Shown piece after piece: positions 1 through 9,474 of a DNA stretch of 64,000 nucleotides. A program made the position numbers and the translations under genes. The notes beneath the pieces were generated by a model. It was given only the letters and a program-made list of their open reading frames with translations. It ran no database searches and was not told the DNA's origin. The DNA comes from Elusimicrobia bacterium CG1_02_56_21 (GTDB lineage: Bacteria; Elusimicrobiota; Elusimicrobia; Elusimicrobiales; UBA9959), in assembly GCA_001871115.1 (NCBI GenBank), contig MNUR01000077.1, forward strand, positions 4,589 through 68,588, in the 5' to 3' direction. Positions within the stretch are counted from its first letter, which is position 1; each line of letters begins with the position of its first letter.

Positions 1-759
1 GCTGAGGTCGTTAATATTAAGCACGGTCAGGTTCTCAAGCGCTGCAAGTTTGTTTATATTGAAGTCTATGGTTATGATCGAGGCGCCCAGTTCCCTGGCT
101 ATTATCACCAGCTTCATCTGGTTATCGCTGACATCTTTGATGTCGCGGTCTATAACGCGGAACGGGATATCGCGCGACTCCTGCAGGCGCGCAAGTATAT
201 CAAGGCCGCGGCGGCCCTTGGCCCTGTTGATAGGGTCATTGGATTCGGCCAGCGCGTGCAGCTCCTGCACCACGAAGCGCGGGGTTATGACCCCGCCGGT
301 GATGAAGTGGGTATCGCAGATATCCAGAACGCGCCCGTCCACGATGGCGGACAGGTCGAGAACCTTCATATTCTTCCCGCCGCGCTTGCCCATCGAAAGG
401 ATGTTCTTATCCAGGTCGTCAATTTCGGGGATCTTTTTAATGCTTATTATCATACCCAGCAGCGCCAGGGCGTAGCGGATAATAGGGTTATACCTGTCCC
501 AGATATCGTTTAAGCTGGCGTTGCCTATCTGGAAGACAGTATAGTCCAGCAGTTTAGAGAGGATGATGCCGACCACCGCTCCTATAATGCCGATGATGAG
601 CGAAAACAGGCTGACATTTTCAAAAACATACTCCACGCCTATTATTACCAGGCCTATAAGCGCGCCGAAAGCCAGCCCTTTGAGGTCTTTAGAAACGGTG
701 AACCAGGTGAGCGCCGGCGTAACTATTAGCGCGACGGTCCTGAAGATCCAGACTATCAT
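1..759 (-). CDS. PIN/TRAM-type membrane protein (YacL-like); C-terminal part runs off the left edge
   Basis: Absent from the ORF track because it has no stop in the window. Manual minus-strand translation from ATG 759-757 (AAGGAG upstream) gives MIVWIFRTVALIVTPALTWF... It has hydrophobic N-terminal helices, then a PIN-like segment KVLDLSAIVDGRVLDICDTHFITGGVITPRFVVQELHALAES. It lies directly downstream of radA, as yacL does in Bacillus. Confidence 0.7.
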   Translation of the reverse strand, partial: MIVWIFRTVALIVTPALTWFTVSKDLKGLAFGALIGLVIIGVEYVFENVSLFSLIIGIIGAVVGIILSKLLDYTVFQIGNASLNDIWDRYNPIIRYALALLGMIISIKKIPEIDDLDKNILSMGKRGGKNMKVLDLSAIVDGRVLDICDTHFITGGVITPRFVVQELHALAESNDPINRAKGRRGLDILARLQESRDIPFRVIDRDIKDVSDNQMKLVIIARELGASIITIDFNINKLAALENLTVLNINDLS

Positions 760-777
760 GATAGCTCCTTATTCTCG

Positions 778-2184
778 TTATTTCCCCGCTTTAACGGCGG
801 GGGTTAATCTTGCGAGCGCGGCGTAAAGCCCGCCCATGTCCCTGACCACCTCAAGACGGAGGTTTTTAAACCGGCCTTCGTCTTTCTTTGGCAGCCGGGG
901 CACAAAAGCTGTTTTAAAACCCAGGCGCTCGGCCTCGGCCAGGCGCCGGTCCATAAAACCCGGGCTGGACACTTGCGCCAGTATCCCCACCTCGCCCATG
1001 AACAAACAGTCGGGCTGCAGCGCGATGTCTTTTGCGGAACTTATCAGCGCCGCGCAGAAAGCCAGGTCCAGGGCCGGGTCCTTAAGCTTTATCCCGCCCT
1101 GCAGCGAAGCGAAAACGTCCATCTCGTCAAAACGCAGCCCGAGGTTCTTCTCGATGGCGGCAATAAGCATCTGGGCCCTGTTGAGGTCTATGCCGGTCAC
1201 GGTGCGGCGCGGATAGGGAAGATAAGACCTGGCCGCCAGGGCCTGGATCTCGGCGAGCATCGGCCTGGCGCCTTCGAAAGCTACGGCGAAAGCCCGCCCG
1301 GCCAGCGCTCTGTCCCGGTCCGAGTCCGCGAGCATCAGCCCCGCGTCGTCCACAGACCGCAGCCCCGTAGCGGTCATTTCAAAGATCCCGGTCTCGTCCA
1401 CAGGGCCGAAGCGGTTCTTATGCGGGCGCAGAACGCGGAAAACATTGTTCTTCTCGGCGTCAAAATAAAGCACCGTGTCCACTATATGCTCCAGAACCTT
1501 GGGCCCGGCGAGCGAACCTTCCTTGGTAACATGCCCCAGCAGGAAAAGCGGCACGCCGGCGGCTTTCACGGTTTTTAAAAGCTCGGAAGCGCATTCCCTT
1601 ATCTGTCCGACGGAACCCGGGCTGCCCGCGAAATCGGGGTGATAGACCGTCTGTATAGAGTCTATAACCAGGAAAGCCGGCATAAGGTTGCGGAACTCCT
1701 CTATGATCCGGGCCAGGTTGGTCTCGGACATCAGGTAAACGTTTTCCGGCCTCGCTCCCAGGCGCTCTGCGCGGGAACCGACCTGGGACAGGGATTCCTC
1801 CCCCGAAACATAAAGAACTTTCTTGCCGGCGTAAGCGCCGGAAGCCAGGGCGGCGCAGCTTTCAAGGGTGAGCGTGCTCTTGCCTATGCCGGGCGGGCCC
1901 GCCAGCAGAACTACCTGCCCGTTCACCAGACCGCCGCCCAGCGCGCGGTCCAGCTCCGCTATCCCTGTGGGGGCGTGCTCCGCCTTCATTGCCCGGGCTT
2001 CGGAAAGTTTTACCGGGGCTTCGGAAAAATCCGTAAGGCCGCGGGCTTTGGCGGCCGCCTTTGTGAGGACTTCCTCGGCTTCCTCCACCAGGGTGTTCCA
2101 GCCGAGGCAGCCGGGGCACTGCCCGGCCCATTTAGGAGAGGCCTGTCCGCATTGTTGGCAGCGGTAAATAGTTTTTAATTTCAT
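778..2184 (-). CDS. radA: DNA repair protein RadA/Sms
   Basis: N-terminal zinc ribbon CQQCG..CPGC, Walker A GPPGIGKST, KNRFG motif, Lon-like C-terminal domain. The track start at 2193 is TTG; ATG at 2184 gives the canonical MKLKTIYRCQQCG. Confidence 0.95.
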   Translation of the reverse strand: MKLKTIYRCQQCGQASPKWAGQCPGCLGWNTLVEEAEEVLTKAAAKARGLTDFSEAPVKLSEARAMKAEHAPTGIAELDRALGGGLVNGQVVLLAGPPGIGKSTLTLESCAALASGAYAGKKVLYVSGEESLSQVGSRAERLGARPENVYLMSETNLARIIEEFRNLMPAFLVIDSIQTVYHPDFAGSPGSVGQIRECASELLKTVKAAGVPLFLLGHVTKEGSLAGPKVLEHIVDTVLYFDAEKNNVFRVLRPHKNRFGPVDETGIFEMTATGLRSVDDAGLMLADSDRDRALAGRAFAVAFEGARPMLAEIQALAARSYLPYPRRTVTGIDLNRAQMLIAAIEKNLGLRFDEMDVFASLQGGIKLKDPALDLAFCAALISSAKDIALQPDCLFMGEVGILAQVSSPGFMDRRLAEAERLGFKTAFVPRLPKKDEGRFKNLRLEVVRDMGGLYAALARLTPAVKAGK

Positions 2185-2288
2185 AAACAGCAAGAATTAT
2201 TCAGAAACAGAGGACCGGAGGATCAGAGGATCAGCGGCGCTAAGTTCTCTATCCGGCTTCCCCCTCCAGTATCCAGTCCTCCATTCCT

Positions 2289-3584
2289 CTATTTTTTCAG
2301 CGAGCCCAGGGCGGCAAAGCCGAAAAGGTACGCTATATCCTTATCCTCAAAGACGAGCCGCGTAGTATAATTCACGCGCTTGGTTTCGGCTATGTCATTA
2401 AGCCGCACTCCGGCGGATAAATATTTATTGAACGCCACATCTACGCCCGCGTCATAACGGGGATCATTGAAATGGCGGTCTTTTATTTTGCGATTGCGCG
2501 TAAACTCCGTAGCCTCTACCAATACACTTATCCGGTCCCATTTTGAATTATGGTAAAAAGGCTTCCAGCGCAGCCCGGAGCCGCCGGAGCCGTGTATCAC
2601 CCCTGCATACAGGTCAAAAGCCCCGGCTTCCCAGCCGAGGTTGGCGTCTATGGTGTTAAGGTTCTCGTAATCCGTACCCTTTACCGAATCCCTGGTATTT
2701 ATCAGGTTAGCGCCGCCCAGGTAGTAATAGCGGCCCTCTCTGGGGTAAATTTTAATACCCAGGTTGTTTTTTGAGTCGTGGGCCAGGGGCTCGTATTTAT
2801 AATCCCACTTAATATAGGTTCGGAAACCTCCGACCCGCCCGAGGGCTTCTTTCACCGAGGCGCTGGCGTCGCGCAGATTATTAATGGCCGAACTGACATC
2901 GTTTTTCATCTTCTGATCGGAAATCAGAGCGCCGGCTACGCCTTCCCCGCTGTTCACCTTGTCCACTATCAGCTCGGTTTTCCCCATCATCGAATCCAGC
3001 CTGGCCGTAATAGAATCAAGGCGCTCCATCACCCTTTCGGCATGGGGCTGGGTGTTGGATACCAGTTCGTTCACATTGCCGGTGACTTCCCGCAGGTTGG
3101 AAAGTATCTCATTGAGGTCGCGGGCCAGCCTGCCCTCGCCGCGGATATCCCCGACCAGGGCGTCCAGGCTGTTCACCGCGCGGGACAGGGCCCGGTCGAG
3201 CGAAAGGGAATCGTCGCCTTTAACAGTATCCCCCGGCTTTATCTTTCCCGCCGCGGGCGTCCCCTGGTCCACCTGCAGGAACTTGGAACCTATCATGCTG
3301 GTAGCGCCCACAAGGAACCTGGCGTCGCGGAAGATCTTCACGCCCTCGCGGATAGCCAGCTGCACGATAACTTTATCGTCTTTAATGGCGATATTCTTGA
3401 TCTTCCCCACTTCAACTCCGGAAAGCTTGACCGTAGCCCTGTCTGGAAGGCCGGCCACGTCTTTAAATTCAGCGTAAACGGGATAATAGGACTGGAAGGA
3501 AAAGTCCCCAAGCAGGAAAACGGCGGTTCCAAAAAGTATGGAACCGACCAGTACGAACAGACCGACCTTCATCTCACCGTTCAT
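2289..3584 (-). CDS. MlaD/MCE-family protein with long C-terminal extension
   Basis: N-terminal TM anchor VGLFVLVGSILFGTAVFLLG, MCE domain (VKLSGVEVGKIKNI...), helical middle, and a Tyr/Gly-rich C-terminal part of about 170 aa. Follows the MlaE- and MlaF-like genes. Confidence 0.85.
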   Translation of the reverse strand: MNGEMKVGLFVLVGSILFGTAVFLLGDFSFQSYYPVYAEFKDVAGLPDRATVKLSGVEVGKIKNIAIKDDKVIVQLAIREGVKIFRDARFLVGATSMIGSKFLQVDQGTPAAGKIKPGDTVKGDDSLSLDRALSRAVNSLDALVGDIRGEGRLARDLNEILSNLREVTGNVNELVSNTQPHAERVMERLDSITARLDSMMGKTELIVDKVNSGEGVAGALISDQKMKNDVSSAINNLRDASASVKEALGRVGGFRTYIKWDYKYEPLAHDSKNNLGIKIYPREGRYYYLGGANLINTRDSVKGTDYENLNTIDANLGWEAGAFDLYAGVIHGSGGSGLRWKPFYHNSKWDRISVLVEATEFTRNRKIKDRHFNDPRYDAGVDVAFNKYLSAGVRLNDIAETKRVNYTTRLVFEDKDIAYLFGFAALGSLKK

Positions 3585-3677
3585 TAAGTCCTTTCTGGGC
3601 CGAACACGAATGATATCTATATACGATATCCATTATACAAACTAGGGGCCCGGCTAACCAGAGGCGGCATCCAACGG

Positions 3678-4418
3678 CTATTCCCGGGACAGGCCGGAAA
3701 TTTCCATGAATTCTTTTACAGCTTTGTTTTCGGACTGCCGGAACTCCGCAGGCGCCGCTGCCTCCACAAATTTGCCGTCCAGCAGCATAGCCACCCGGCT
3801 AGATATTTCAAGCGCGAGCTTCAGGTCATGGGTAACGACCACGGAAGTAATCCTGAGCTTCTCGCGCATGTCCGTTATGAGTTCCTTGACCATCCCGGTA
3901 GTAACTGGATCAAGACCGGTAGTGGGCTCGTCATAAAGCATGTATTTTGGCTCGGGAGCTATGGAACGGGCCAGGGAGACGCGCTTTTTCATGCCTACCG
4001 AAAGTTCGGAAGGCTTAAGGTGCTCAACGTCCTTAAGGCCGACCAGCGCCAGTTTTTCTTTAACGATGCGCGGGTACTCGCTTTTATGGATGTCGGTCAG
4101 ATATTTAAGCCCGAAGGCGACGTTCTCGAGCACGGTGAGCGAATCAAAAAGCGCGCCTTCCTGGAAGAGGTAGCCGAAGCTGCGGCGCACGCGCGCCAGG
4201 GCAAATTCGTTGGAAGTAGAGGCGATATCCTGGCCGTCCACTATTATGCTGCCGCTCTCCGGCCTAAGCAGACGGACAAGGCATTTTATAAAAGTGCTCT
4301 TGCCCATGCCCGAAGGCCCGATCACGCTGAACAGTTCCCCTTCCTTGATATCGACGGAGATATCGTTCAGGATGACCTTCTCGCCGAAAGCCTTGCTTAA
4401 ATTCTTAATTTCTATCAT
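3678..4418 (-). CDS. ABC transporter ATP-binding protein (MlaF-like)
   Basis: Walker A GPSGMGKST, ABC signature LSVGMKKRVSLAR, Walker B MLYDEPTTGLD. Its ATG overlaps the upstream permease stop (ATGA). Confidence 0.9.
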   Translation of the reverse strand: MIEIKNLSKAFGEKVILNDISVDIKEGELFSVIGPSGMGKSTFIKCLVRLLRPESGSIIVDGQDIASTSNEFALARVRRSFGYLFQEGALFDSLTVLENVAFGLKYLTDIHKSEYPRIVKEKLALVGLKDVEHLKPSELSVGMKKRVSLARSIAPEPKYMLYDEPTTGLDPVTTGMVKELITDMREKLRITSVVVTHDLKLALEISSRVAMLLDGKFVEAAAPAEFRQSENKAVKEFMEISGLSRE

Positions 4419-5203
4419 ATGCCCACCGCCACCAGCACCGCGCTCACAAAGTAATCCAGCACCATCACAAGGACCATGCTGGTGACCACGGCCTCGGTGG
4501 TGGCCTTGCCCACGCCTTCCGCACCGCCCTTGGTGTTAAGCCCTTTATAGCAGGACACCGTAGCTATCATGAAAGCGAAAACAAAGGTCTTCAGGAAACC
4601 GTGCATAAAATCGTATATCTCGAGGTAGGTGTAAATGTCGTTCATGAACACCGTGCTGGGGACGTCGAGCTTCACCATGCCGACCAGGCAGCCGCCGAAT
4701 ATGCCCAGGAAATCGGCGAACACGGTCAGGAGCGGCAGCATTATCATGAATGCAATATAGCGCGGAACCAGCAAATAGCGCGTGGGGTTGGTTCCCAGCG
4801 TATAAAGCGCGTCTATCTGCTCCGTCACCTTCATGGTTCCTATCTCGGCGGTGACCACGGCCCCGGCCCGCCCCGCCACCACAATGCAGGTAAGCACCGG
4901 ACCGAGCTCTTTGAGCATGGAGAAAGCCACCAGCGTGCCTATATAAAGCGGCTCGTTAAAAAGATTTTTGGAGGACTGGCCGGATTGCAGCGAGAGGACC
5001 ATGCCGGTAAAAAAACTCGTCAGGGCCACCACGGTCAGGGAATCTACGCCTATGGTCACGGCCTGCTTGACAGTTTCGCGGGCTTCGAACTTGGAACGGA
5101 AGAACCAAAAAAAAACCGACTTCAGCATCAGCGCCGCCGCGCCCAGGGCCTCTGCGAGGTTCATGAACTCGCGCCCGATATATTCGGTAACGGGATGTTT
5201 CAT
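4415..5203 (-). CDS. ABC transporter permease (MlaE-like)
   Basis: Multi-TM protein with an MlaE-like core (LLVPRYIAFMIMLPLLTVFADFLGIFGG). The track start at 5212 is GTG; ATG at 5203 overlaps the alr stop as ATGA. Confidence 0.9.
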   Translation of the reverse strand: MKHPVTEYIGREFMNLAEALGAAALMLKSVFFWFFRSKFEARETVKQAVTIGVDSLTVVALTSFFTGMVLSLQSGQSSKNLFNEPLYIGTLVAFSMLKELGPVLTCIVVAGRAGAVVTAEIGTMKVTEQIDALYTLGTNPTRYLLVPRYIAFMIMLPLLTVFADFLGIFGGCLVGMVKLDVPSTVFMNDIYTYLEIYDFMHGFLKTFVFAFMIATVSCYKGLNTKGGAEGVGKATTEAVVTSMVLVMVLDYFVSAVLVAVGI

Positions 5204-6321
5204 TCTATGCACACCCTCGGGACCCGGGCCGAAACCAGGGTAACTATTTCATAATTTATGGTCTCCGCAATATCGGCCAGCTCTCCGGCGGTTATCTCCT
5301 CGGAGCCCTGCCTGCCCAGCAGCACAGCTTCCGCACCGACGGCGGCGTCCTTGACGGCCGTCACGTCCACCATGGTCATGTCCATGGTGACATTGCCGAG
5401 AACGCGGCAGCGCAGCCCGCCTATAAGCACGTCGGCCTTATTGGAAAAACGGCGCAGATAGCCGTCTCCGTAACCCGCGGGAATTGTGGCTATCTTCATG
5501 GGCCGGCCGGCCCGGAAAGATTTATTGTAGCTGACATAAGCGCCTTCGCGCACATTTTTCACAAAGACCACGCTGGTCTTTATCGACATCGCGGGCTCAA
5601 AACCTTCGGCCAGGCCGTAGGCCGCTATCCCGCAGCGAACCATGCCCATCCGGCTGTCAGGGAAATTAACCGCGGCGCAGGAATTTGCCGCGTGCAGAAT
5701 AAGACCGCGCGCCCCGCGCGCTTCAAGCCCGGCGGCTGTCTCGCTGAAAATAGAAAGCTGCGCGGCGGTATACTCCGCGTCAGTGTCGGCGCTGGACAGG
5801 TGGGTGTACATCCCGGCCACGGAAACCGCCCCGGAAGCTGACAGCTCGTCGTAAATTTTAAGAACCGCCGGTTTGCGCGCGCCTATGCGACCCATCCCGG
5901 TTTCAAGTTTGATATGGCAGACCGCCTGCTTCCCCAGCTTCCGGGCGGCTTCAATAACCTGCCCGGCGGCGTCCAGGCTGGCGATAGTCACTATCAGGTC
6001 GGAGTTAATAGCCTCTACAAAGCTCTCAAAGGGATACAGGCTGCCAAGAACCAGCACCGGGCTTTTTAAACCGGAGGCCCGGAGGGCCAGTCCCTCTTCA
6101 ACCGAAGACACCCCGAAACCCCAGGCTAGTTTTTCGCGCTCGGCGAGGCGCGCGAGCCAGGTCGCCCCGTGGCCGTAGGCGTTAGCCTTGACCACAAAAA
6201 GCAGCCGCGCGGGCGCGGCTGCTTTACCGAGTTTTTTCAGGTTTTCCCTTACGGCCGACAGCCGTATTTCCGCCCGGGTCGGGCGCAGGATGCGCGGAGC
6301 GCTTTCGGTATCGGCAGGCAT
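5200..6321 (-). CDS. alr: alanine racemase
   Basis: PLP-lysine motif VVKANAYGHG; full-length alignment-quality sequence (373 aa). Confidence 0.9.
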   Translation of the reverse strand: MPADTESAPRILRPTRAEIRLSAVRENLKKLGKAAAPARLLFVVKANAYGHGATWLARLAEREKLAWGFGVSSVEEGLALRASGLKSPVLVLGSLYPFESFVEAINSDLIVTIASLDAAGQVIEAARKLGKQAVCHIKLETGMGRIGARKPAVLKIYDELSASGAVSVAGMYTHLSSADTDAEYTAAQLSIFSETAAGLEARGARGLILHAANSCAAVNFPDSRMGMVRCGIAAYGLAEGFEPAMSIKTSVVFVKNVREGAYVSYNKSFRAGRPMKIATIPAGYGDGYLRRFSNKADVLIGGLRCRVLGNVTMDMTMVDVTAVKDAAVGAEAVLLGRQGSEEITAGELADIAETINYEIVTLVSARVPRVCIE

Positions 6322-6327
6322 GCAAGC

Positions 6328-7707
6328 CTAGAACACGGCCTCTTCGGTCATCGGCTCCATCTCGGTAACGGCCGGATTTTCAAACTTGGTGTACTCGTGG
6401 AAGAAGGCCAGCGGAACGTCGCCCACGGGCCCGTTGCGCTGCTTGGCGATAATGAGGATAGCCTGGTTCTTAAGCGTAGGGTCGGTGCGGTTGTAATATT
6501 CCGGGCGGTGGATAAGCGCCACAACGTCGGCGTCCTGCTCGATGGAACCGGAATCGCGCAGGTCCGAGAGCTGCGGGCGGTTTCCTTCCCGTCCTTTGTC
6601 CTCGCTGCGGCGGTTAAGCTGGGAAAGCGCCATTACCGGAATCTCTGTACTGCGGGCCAGGTCTTTGAGAAGGCGGGAAATTTCAGAGACTTCCTGCTGG
6701 CGGCTTTCGGAACGGCCGGGGCCGCGGATAAGCTGGAGGTAGTCTATAACGATGAGGCCGAGCTTTTTATTCTCGGATTTAAGCTGCGACATCAGCTTGC
6801 GGGTACGGTTGCGTATCTCCAGGATGGTGAGCCCGGGAGAATCGTCTATATAAAGAGGGGCGCGGGAAACGTCCCCGGTAAACCGGGTAAGCTGCGGCCA
6901 GATCTCGCGGGACAGGCGGCCGTTGCGCACATTACCGAGGTTGGCGCGGGCCGCCGAGCAGATCATACGCTGCATGATGGAATACTTGTTCATTTCCAGG
7001 GAGAAGAAAGCGGTGGGGATATTCTTGCCTACGCACGCATGATAGGCCATGTTGAGGGCCATCGCCGTCTTGCCCTGGCTGGGGCGGGCGGCGAGTATTA
7101 TCAGGTCGGAATTCTGCAGGCCGCCGGTCATGTCGTCGAGCTTGGTAAAGCCGGTGGGCACGCCCGTTATGGCGTTGTTATTGGAGTAATATTTTTCTAT
7201 CCGGCCCAGAACTTCGGTGGCCAGGTCGGACGCCGAGCTGAAGCCGTGGGAGGTATTGCGCTGCGCCACGCCCAGAACCTGCTCCTCGGCGAAATCCATT
7301 ATCTTGTTCACGTCGTCCGCGCCCTCAAAAGATTTCTCGACGATGGTGGTGGAAACGCGGATAAGCTCCCTGAGCAGGGCTTTCTCTTTTACGATCTGCG
7401 CATAAGCCTGGGTATGTGCGGAGGTGGAGACTTTCTCCATCAGGTCGGACAGGTACTTCTGCCCGCCGAGTTCCTCCAGGCGGCCGTTTTTCTTAAGTTC
7501 TTCGGAAAGGGTGACTACGTCAACAGGGAGGTTGCGCGCGCGCAGGTCGAGGATGGCGTCGTAAATCTTGCTGTGCCTGTCATTATAGAAATGTTTGGAC
7601 TGGAGGATCTCGGAGACGCTCTCTATGACCTCTTTTTCAATGAGCATGGCCCCGAGTACGGCCATTTCCGCCTCGGAAGAATGTGGAGGAACCTTGCTGT
7701 AGGTCAT
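6328..7707 (-). CDS. dnaB: replicative DNA helicase DnaB
   Basis: PPHSSEAEMAVLGAML N-terminal motif, Walker A ARPSQGKTA, DYLQL Walker B region, 459 aa. Confidence 0.95.
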   Translation of the reverse strand: MTYSKVPPHSSEAEMAVLGAMLIEKEVIESVSEILQSKHFYNDRHSKIYDAILDLRARNLPVDVVTLSEELKKNGRLEELGGQKYLSDLMEKVSTSAHTQAYAQIVKEKALLRELIRVSTTIVEKSFEGADDVNKIMDFAEEQVLGVAQRNTSHGFSSASDLATEVLGRIEKYYSNNNAITGVPTGFTKLDDMTGGLQNSDLIILAARPSQGKTAMALNMAYHACVGKNIPTAFFSLEMNKYSIMQRMICSAARANLGNVRNGRLSREIWPQLTRFTGDVSRAPLYIDDSPGLTILEIRNRTRKLMSQLKSENKKLGLIVIDYLQLIRGPGRSESRQQEVSEISRLLKDLARSTEIPVMALSQLNRRSEDKGREGNRPQLSDLRDSGSIEQDADVVALIHRPEYYNRTDPTLKNQAILIIAKQRNGPVGDVPLAFFHEYTKFENPAVTEMEPMTEEAVF

Positions 7708-7789
7708 AGACTGCCCCCTTGTTTTGTGTTAAATTTAAACCCGGGCCTCGGCCTTGAGGCCTCGGCGCCGGGCTTAAAGGAGTGTTTAC

Positions 7790-8239
7790 TTACTTGCTCT
7801 GCGCAGAAACCGCGACCTTGATCTTGGCCGAGATGTCCATCTTCAGGGCGATCTCTACTTCAAAAGTTCCGACGGCCTTGATTGAGGCGGGCAGGCGGAT
7901 CATCTCTTTGTTGATCACCATGTCGGCGGCGGCCAGGTTCTTGATAATGTCGCTCTTGGCCACTGAACCGAACATTACCCCCTCCTCCGAGACGGGGCGG
8001 GAGAAAGAAAGGGTGATCGCGCCGAGGCGCTTTGCCAGGTCGTTAAGCGCGGCGTCTTCGGCGGCCACGCGCTTGGCGCGCTTGTCGGCGCTGTTCTTCC
8101 AGGCCTTCAGGGCGCCCTCGGTGGCGGTTTCCACCAGGCCGCGGGGCATAAGGAAATTACGGGCATAGCCGTCTTTAACTATCTTTATCTCGCCGGAACG
8201 GCCAAGGTTCTGAACATCTTTTTTGAGTATAACTTTCAT
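7790..8239 (-). CDS. rplI: 50S ribosomal protein L9
   Basis: [30 protein letters not shown] is a typical L9 N-terminus. Part of the conserved rpsF-ssb-rpsR-rplI-dnaB order. Confidence 0.95.
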   Translation of the reverse strand: MKVILKKDVQNLGRSGEIKIVKDGYARNFLMPRGLVETATEGALKAWKNSADKRAKRVAAEDAALNDLAKRLGAITLSFSRPVSEEGVMFGSVAKSDIIKNLAAADMVINKEMIRLPASIKAVGTFEVEIALKMDISAKIKVAVSAQSK

Positions 8240-8324
8240 TTTAAAACTCCAGTTTCTAGTGTACGTGAGCTGCCCCTGCAGCGGCCGCAGGGGCTAAGCC
8301 CTCAGCCGGCCATGCAGGCAGTGA

Positions 8325-8651
8325 TCAGCCGCTATAAGACATCAGGGACAAATTGCGGTTAACCTTAACCGCTCTCATTATCTGGCGCTGGTGCTTGGCG
8401 CAGGCGCCGGTGATGCGGCGGGAAAGTATTTTGCCGGTGTCGGTGCAGAAATTTTTCACGATCTGCGCCTGTTTGTAATCCACCATGTCGATATGTTCGG
8501 CGCAAAGCCTGCAGACCTTGCGGCGCGGGGCGAAGCGGCGGCCACCGGAGGGGCGGCGGGGAGGGCCGGACTCACGGTGCATGGGCGGCGCGCTCACGGG
8601 CCGGGGGGCGGCTGCGGGCTGTACGGCGGGGGTTGTTTCTTTATTCTCCAT
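8325..8651 (-). CDS. rpsR: 30S ribosomal protein S18 (with Pro/Arg-rich N-terminal extension)
   Basis: Core CRLC..IDMVDYKQAQIVKNFCTDTGKILSRRITGACAKHQRQIMRAVKVNRNLSLM matches S18, preceded by about 40 extra residues. Confidence 0.9.
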   Translation of the reverse strand: MENKETTPAVQPAAAPRPVSAPPMHRESGPPRRPSGGRRFAPRRKVCRLCAEHIDMVDYKQAQIVKNFCTDTGKILSRRITGACAKHQRQIMRAVKVNRNLSLMSYSG

Positions 8652-8674
8652 AAATGTTTACTCCTGCGCTAGTC

Positions 8675-9127
8675 TTAAAACGGAACTTCTTCTATACCGG
8701 ACACATCGCCTTTCGGCTCAGTATCGGCTTGGGCTTCCTCCGTTTCACGGGAGGCCGCTTCGCCGTTTTCCGCGGCAGCCGCTTCGTGGGTCAGCTGCTG
8801 CACCCTGCGGGCGGTAACTTTCATCTCTTTACGCTTCTGCCCGGTCTTATCGGTATACTCGGAAGCGGCCAGGCGCCCCTCTATTATTACAGGGCTGCCC
8901 TTCTTTAATTTTTCCTTGCAGCGCTCCGCCGCAGGGCCCCAAACGGTAACGGACACAAAAGTCGTGTCATCCTTCCATTCGCCGGTTGCAGGGTCTTTAT
9001 AGCGGCGGTTTACCGCCACCGAAAAGAAACTCATGCCCTGGCCTTTCTGGGTGAAGCGCAGTTCGGGGTCGCGCGTCAGCCTGCCGGCAATTAAAACCTG
9101 ATTCAGCTCTGGGATCCGTATGTCCAT
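8675..9127 (-). CDS. ssb: single-stranded DNA-binding protein
   Basis: OB-fold N-terminus (LNQVLIAGRLTRDPELRFT), acidic C-terminal tip EEVPF. Confidence 0.9.
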   Translation of the reverse strand: MDIRIPELNQVLIAGRLTRDPELRFTQKGQGMSFFSVAVNRRYKDPATGEWKDDTTFVSVTVWGPAAERCKEKLKKGSPVIIEGRLAASEYTDKTGQKRKEMKVTARRVQQLTHEAAAAENGEAASRETEEAQADTEPKGDVSGIEEVPF

Positions 9128-9148
9128 ATGTCACCCGCAAGGGTTTCG

Positions 9149-9454
9149 TCAGGCTTTTTTAACGGGTTCCGCTTTAGCTTTAATCATCATGGAGCGAAGG
9201 ATGGCTTCCTGCAGTCCAAGAGTATGGTTTATTCCCTTCACGCTGGAGGGCGCGGCCTTAACCTTCATATAGACGTAGAAACCGTCGCGGTTCTTACCGA
9301 CGGCGTGGGAGAACTTTTTGCGTCCCAGCCTGTCTTCGGCAAGCACTTCGCCTTTCTCGTCGAGGAGGGCCTTTTTGGCTTTCTCCACCGCTTCGCCGAC
9401 TTCTGCGTCGGTAAGCTGCGGATTAATAATCAACATTAACTCATAGGTAGTCAT
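9149..9454 (-). CDS. rpsF: 30S ribosomal protein S6
   Basis: YELMLIINPQL start typical of S6; operon context. Confidence 0.9.
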   Translation of the reverse strand: MTTYELMLIINPQLTDAEVGEAVEKAKKALLDEKGEVLAEDRLGRKKFSHAVGKNRDGFYVYMKVKAAPSSVKGINHTLGLQEAILRSMMIKAKAEPVKKA

Positions 9455-9474
9455 AGTAGATTTAGGATAGCAAA

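Noticed and set aside
7740-7773. GC-rich inverted repeat between rplI and dnaB, considered as a terminator.
   Set aside because: Only 4-5-bp stems can be drawn (the segment is mostly a direct repeat of GGCCTCGG), and no T-run follows.
6169-7821. Very long plus-strand ORFs antisense to real genes. Examples: 6169-7821 (550 aa), 13247-14716, 14805-15941, 17445-18578, 37904-39109, 39238-40566, 45286-46518, 47552-48805, 52072-53544, 54965-56167, 56056-57105.
   Set aside because: Each lies fully opposite a gene with clear family motifs. Their translations are Arg/Gly/Pro/His-rich and low-complexity, with no motifs. Such shadow ORFs are expected in GC-rich DNA.
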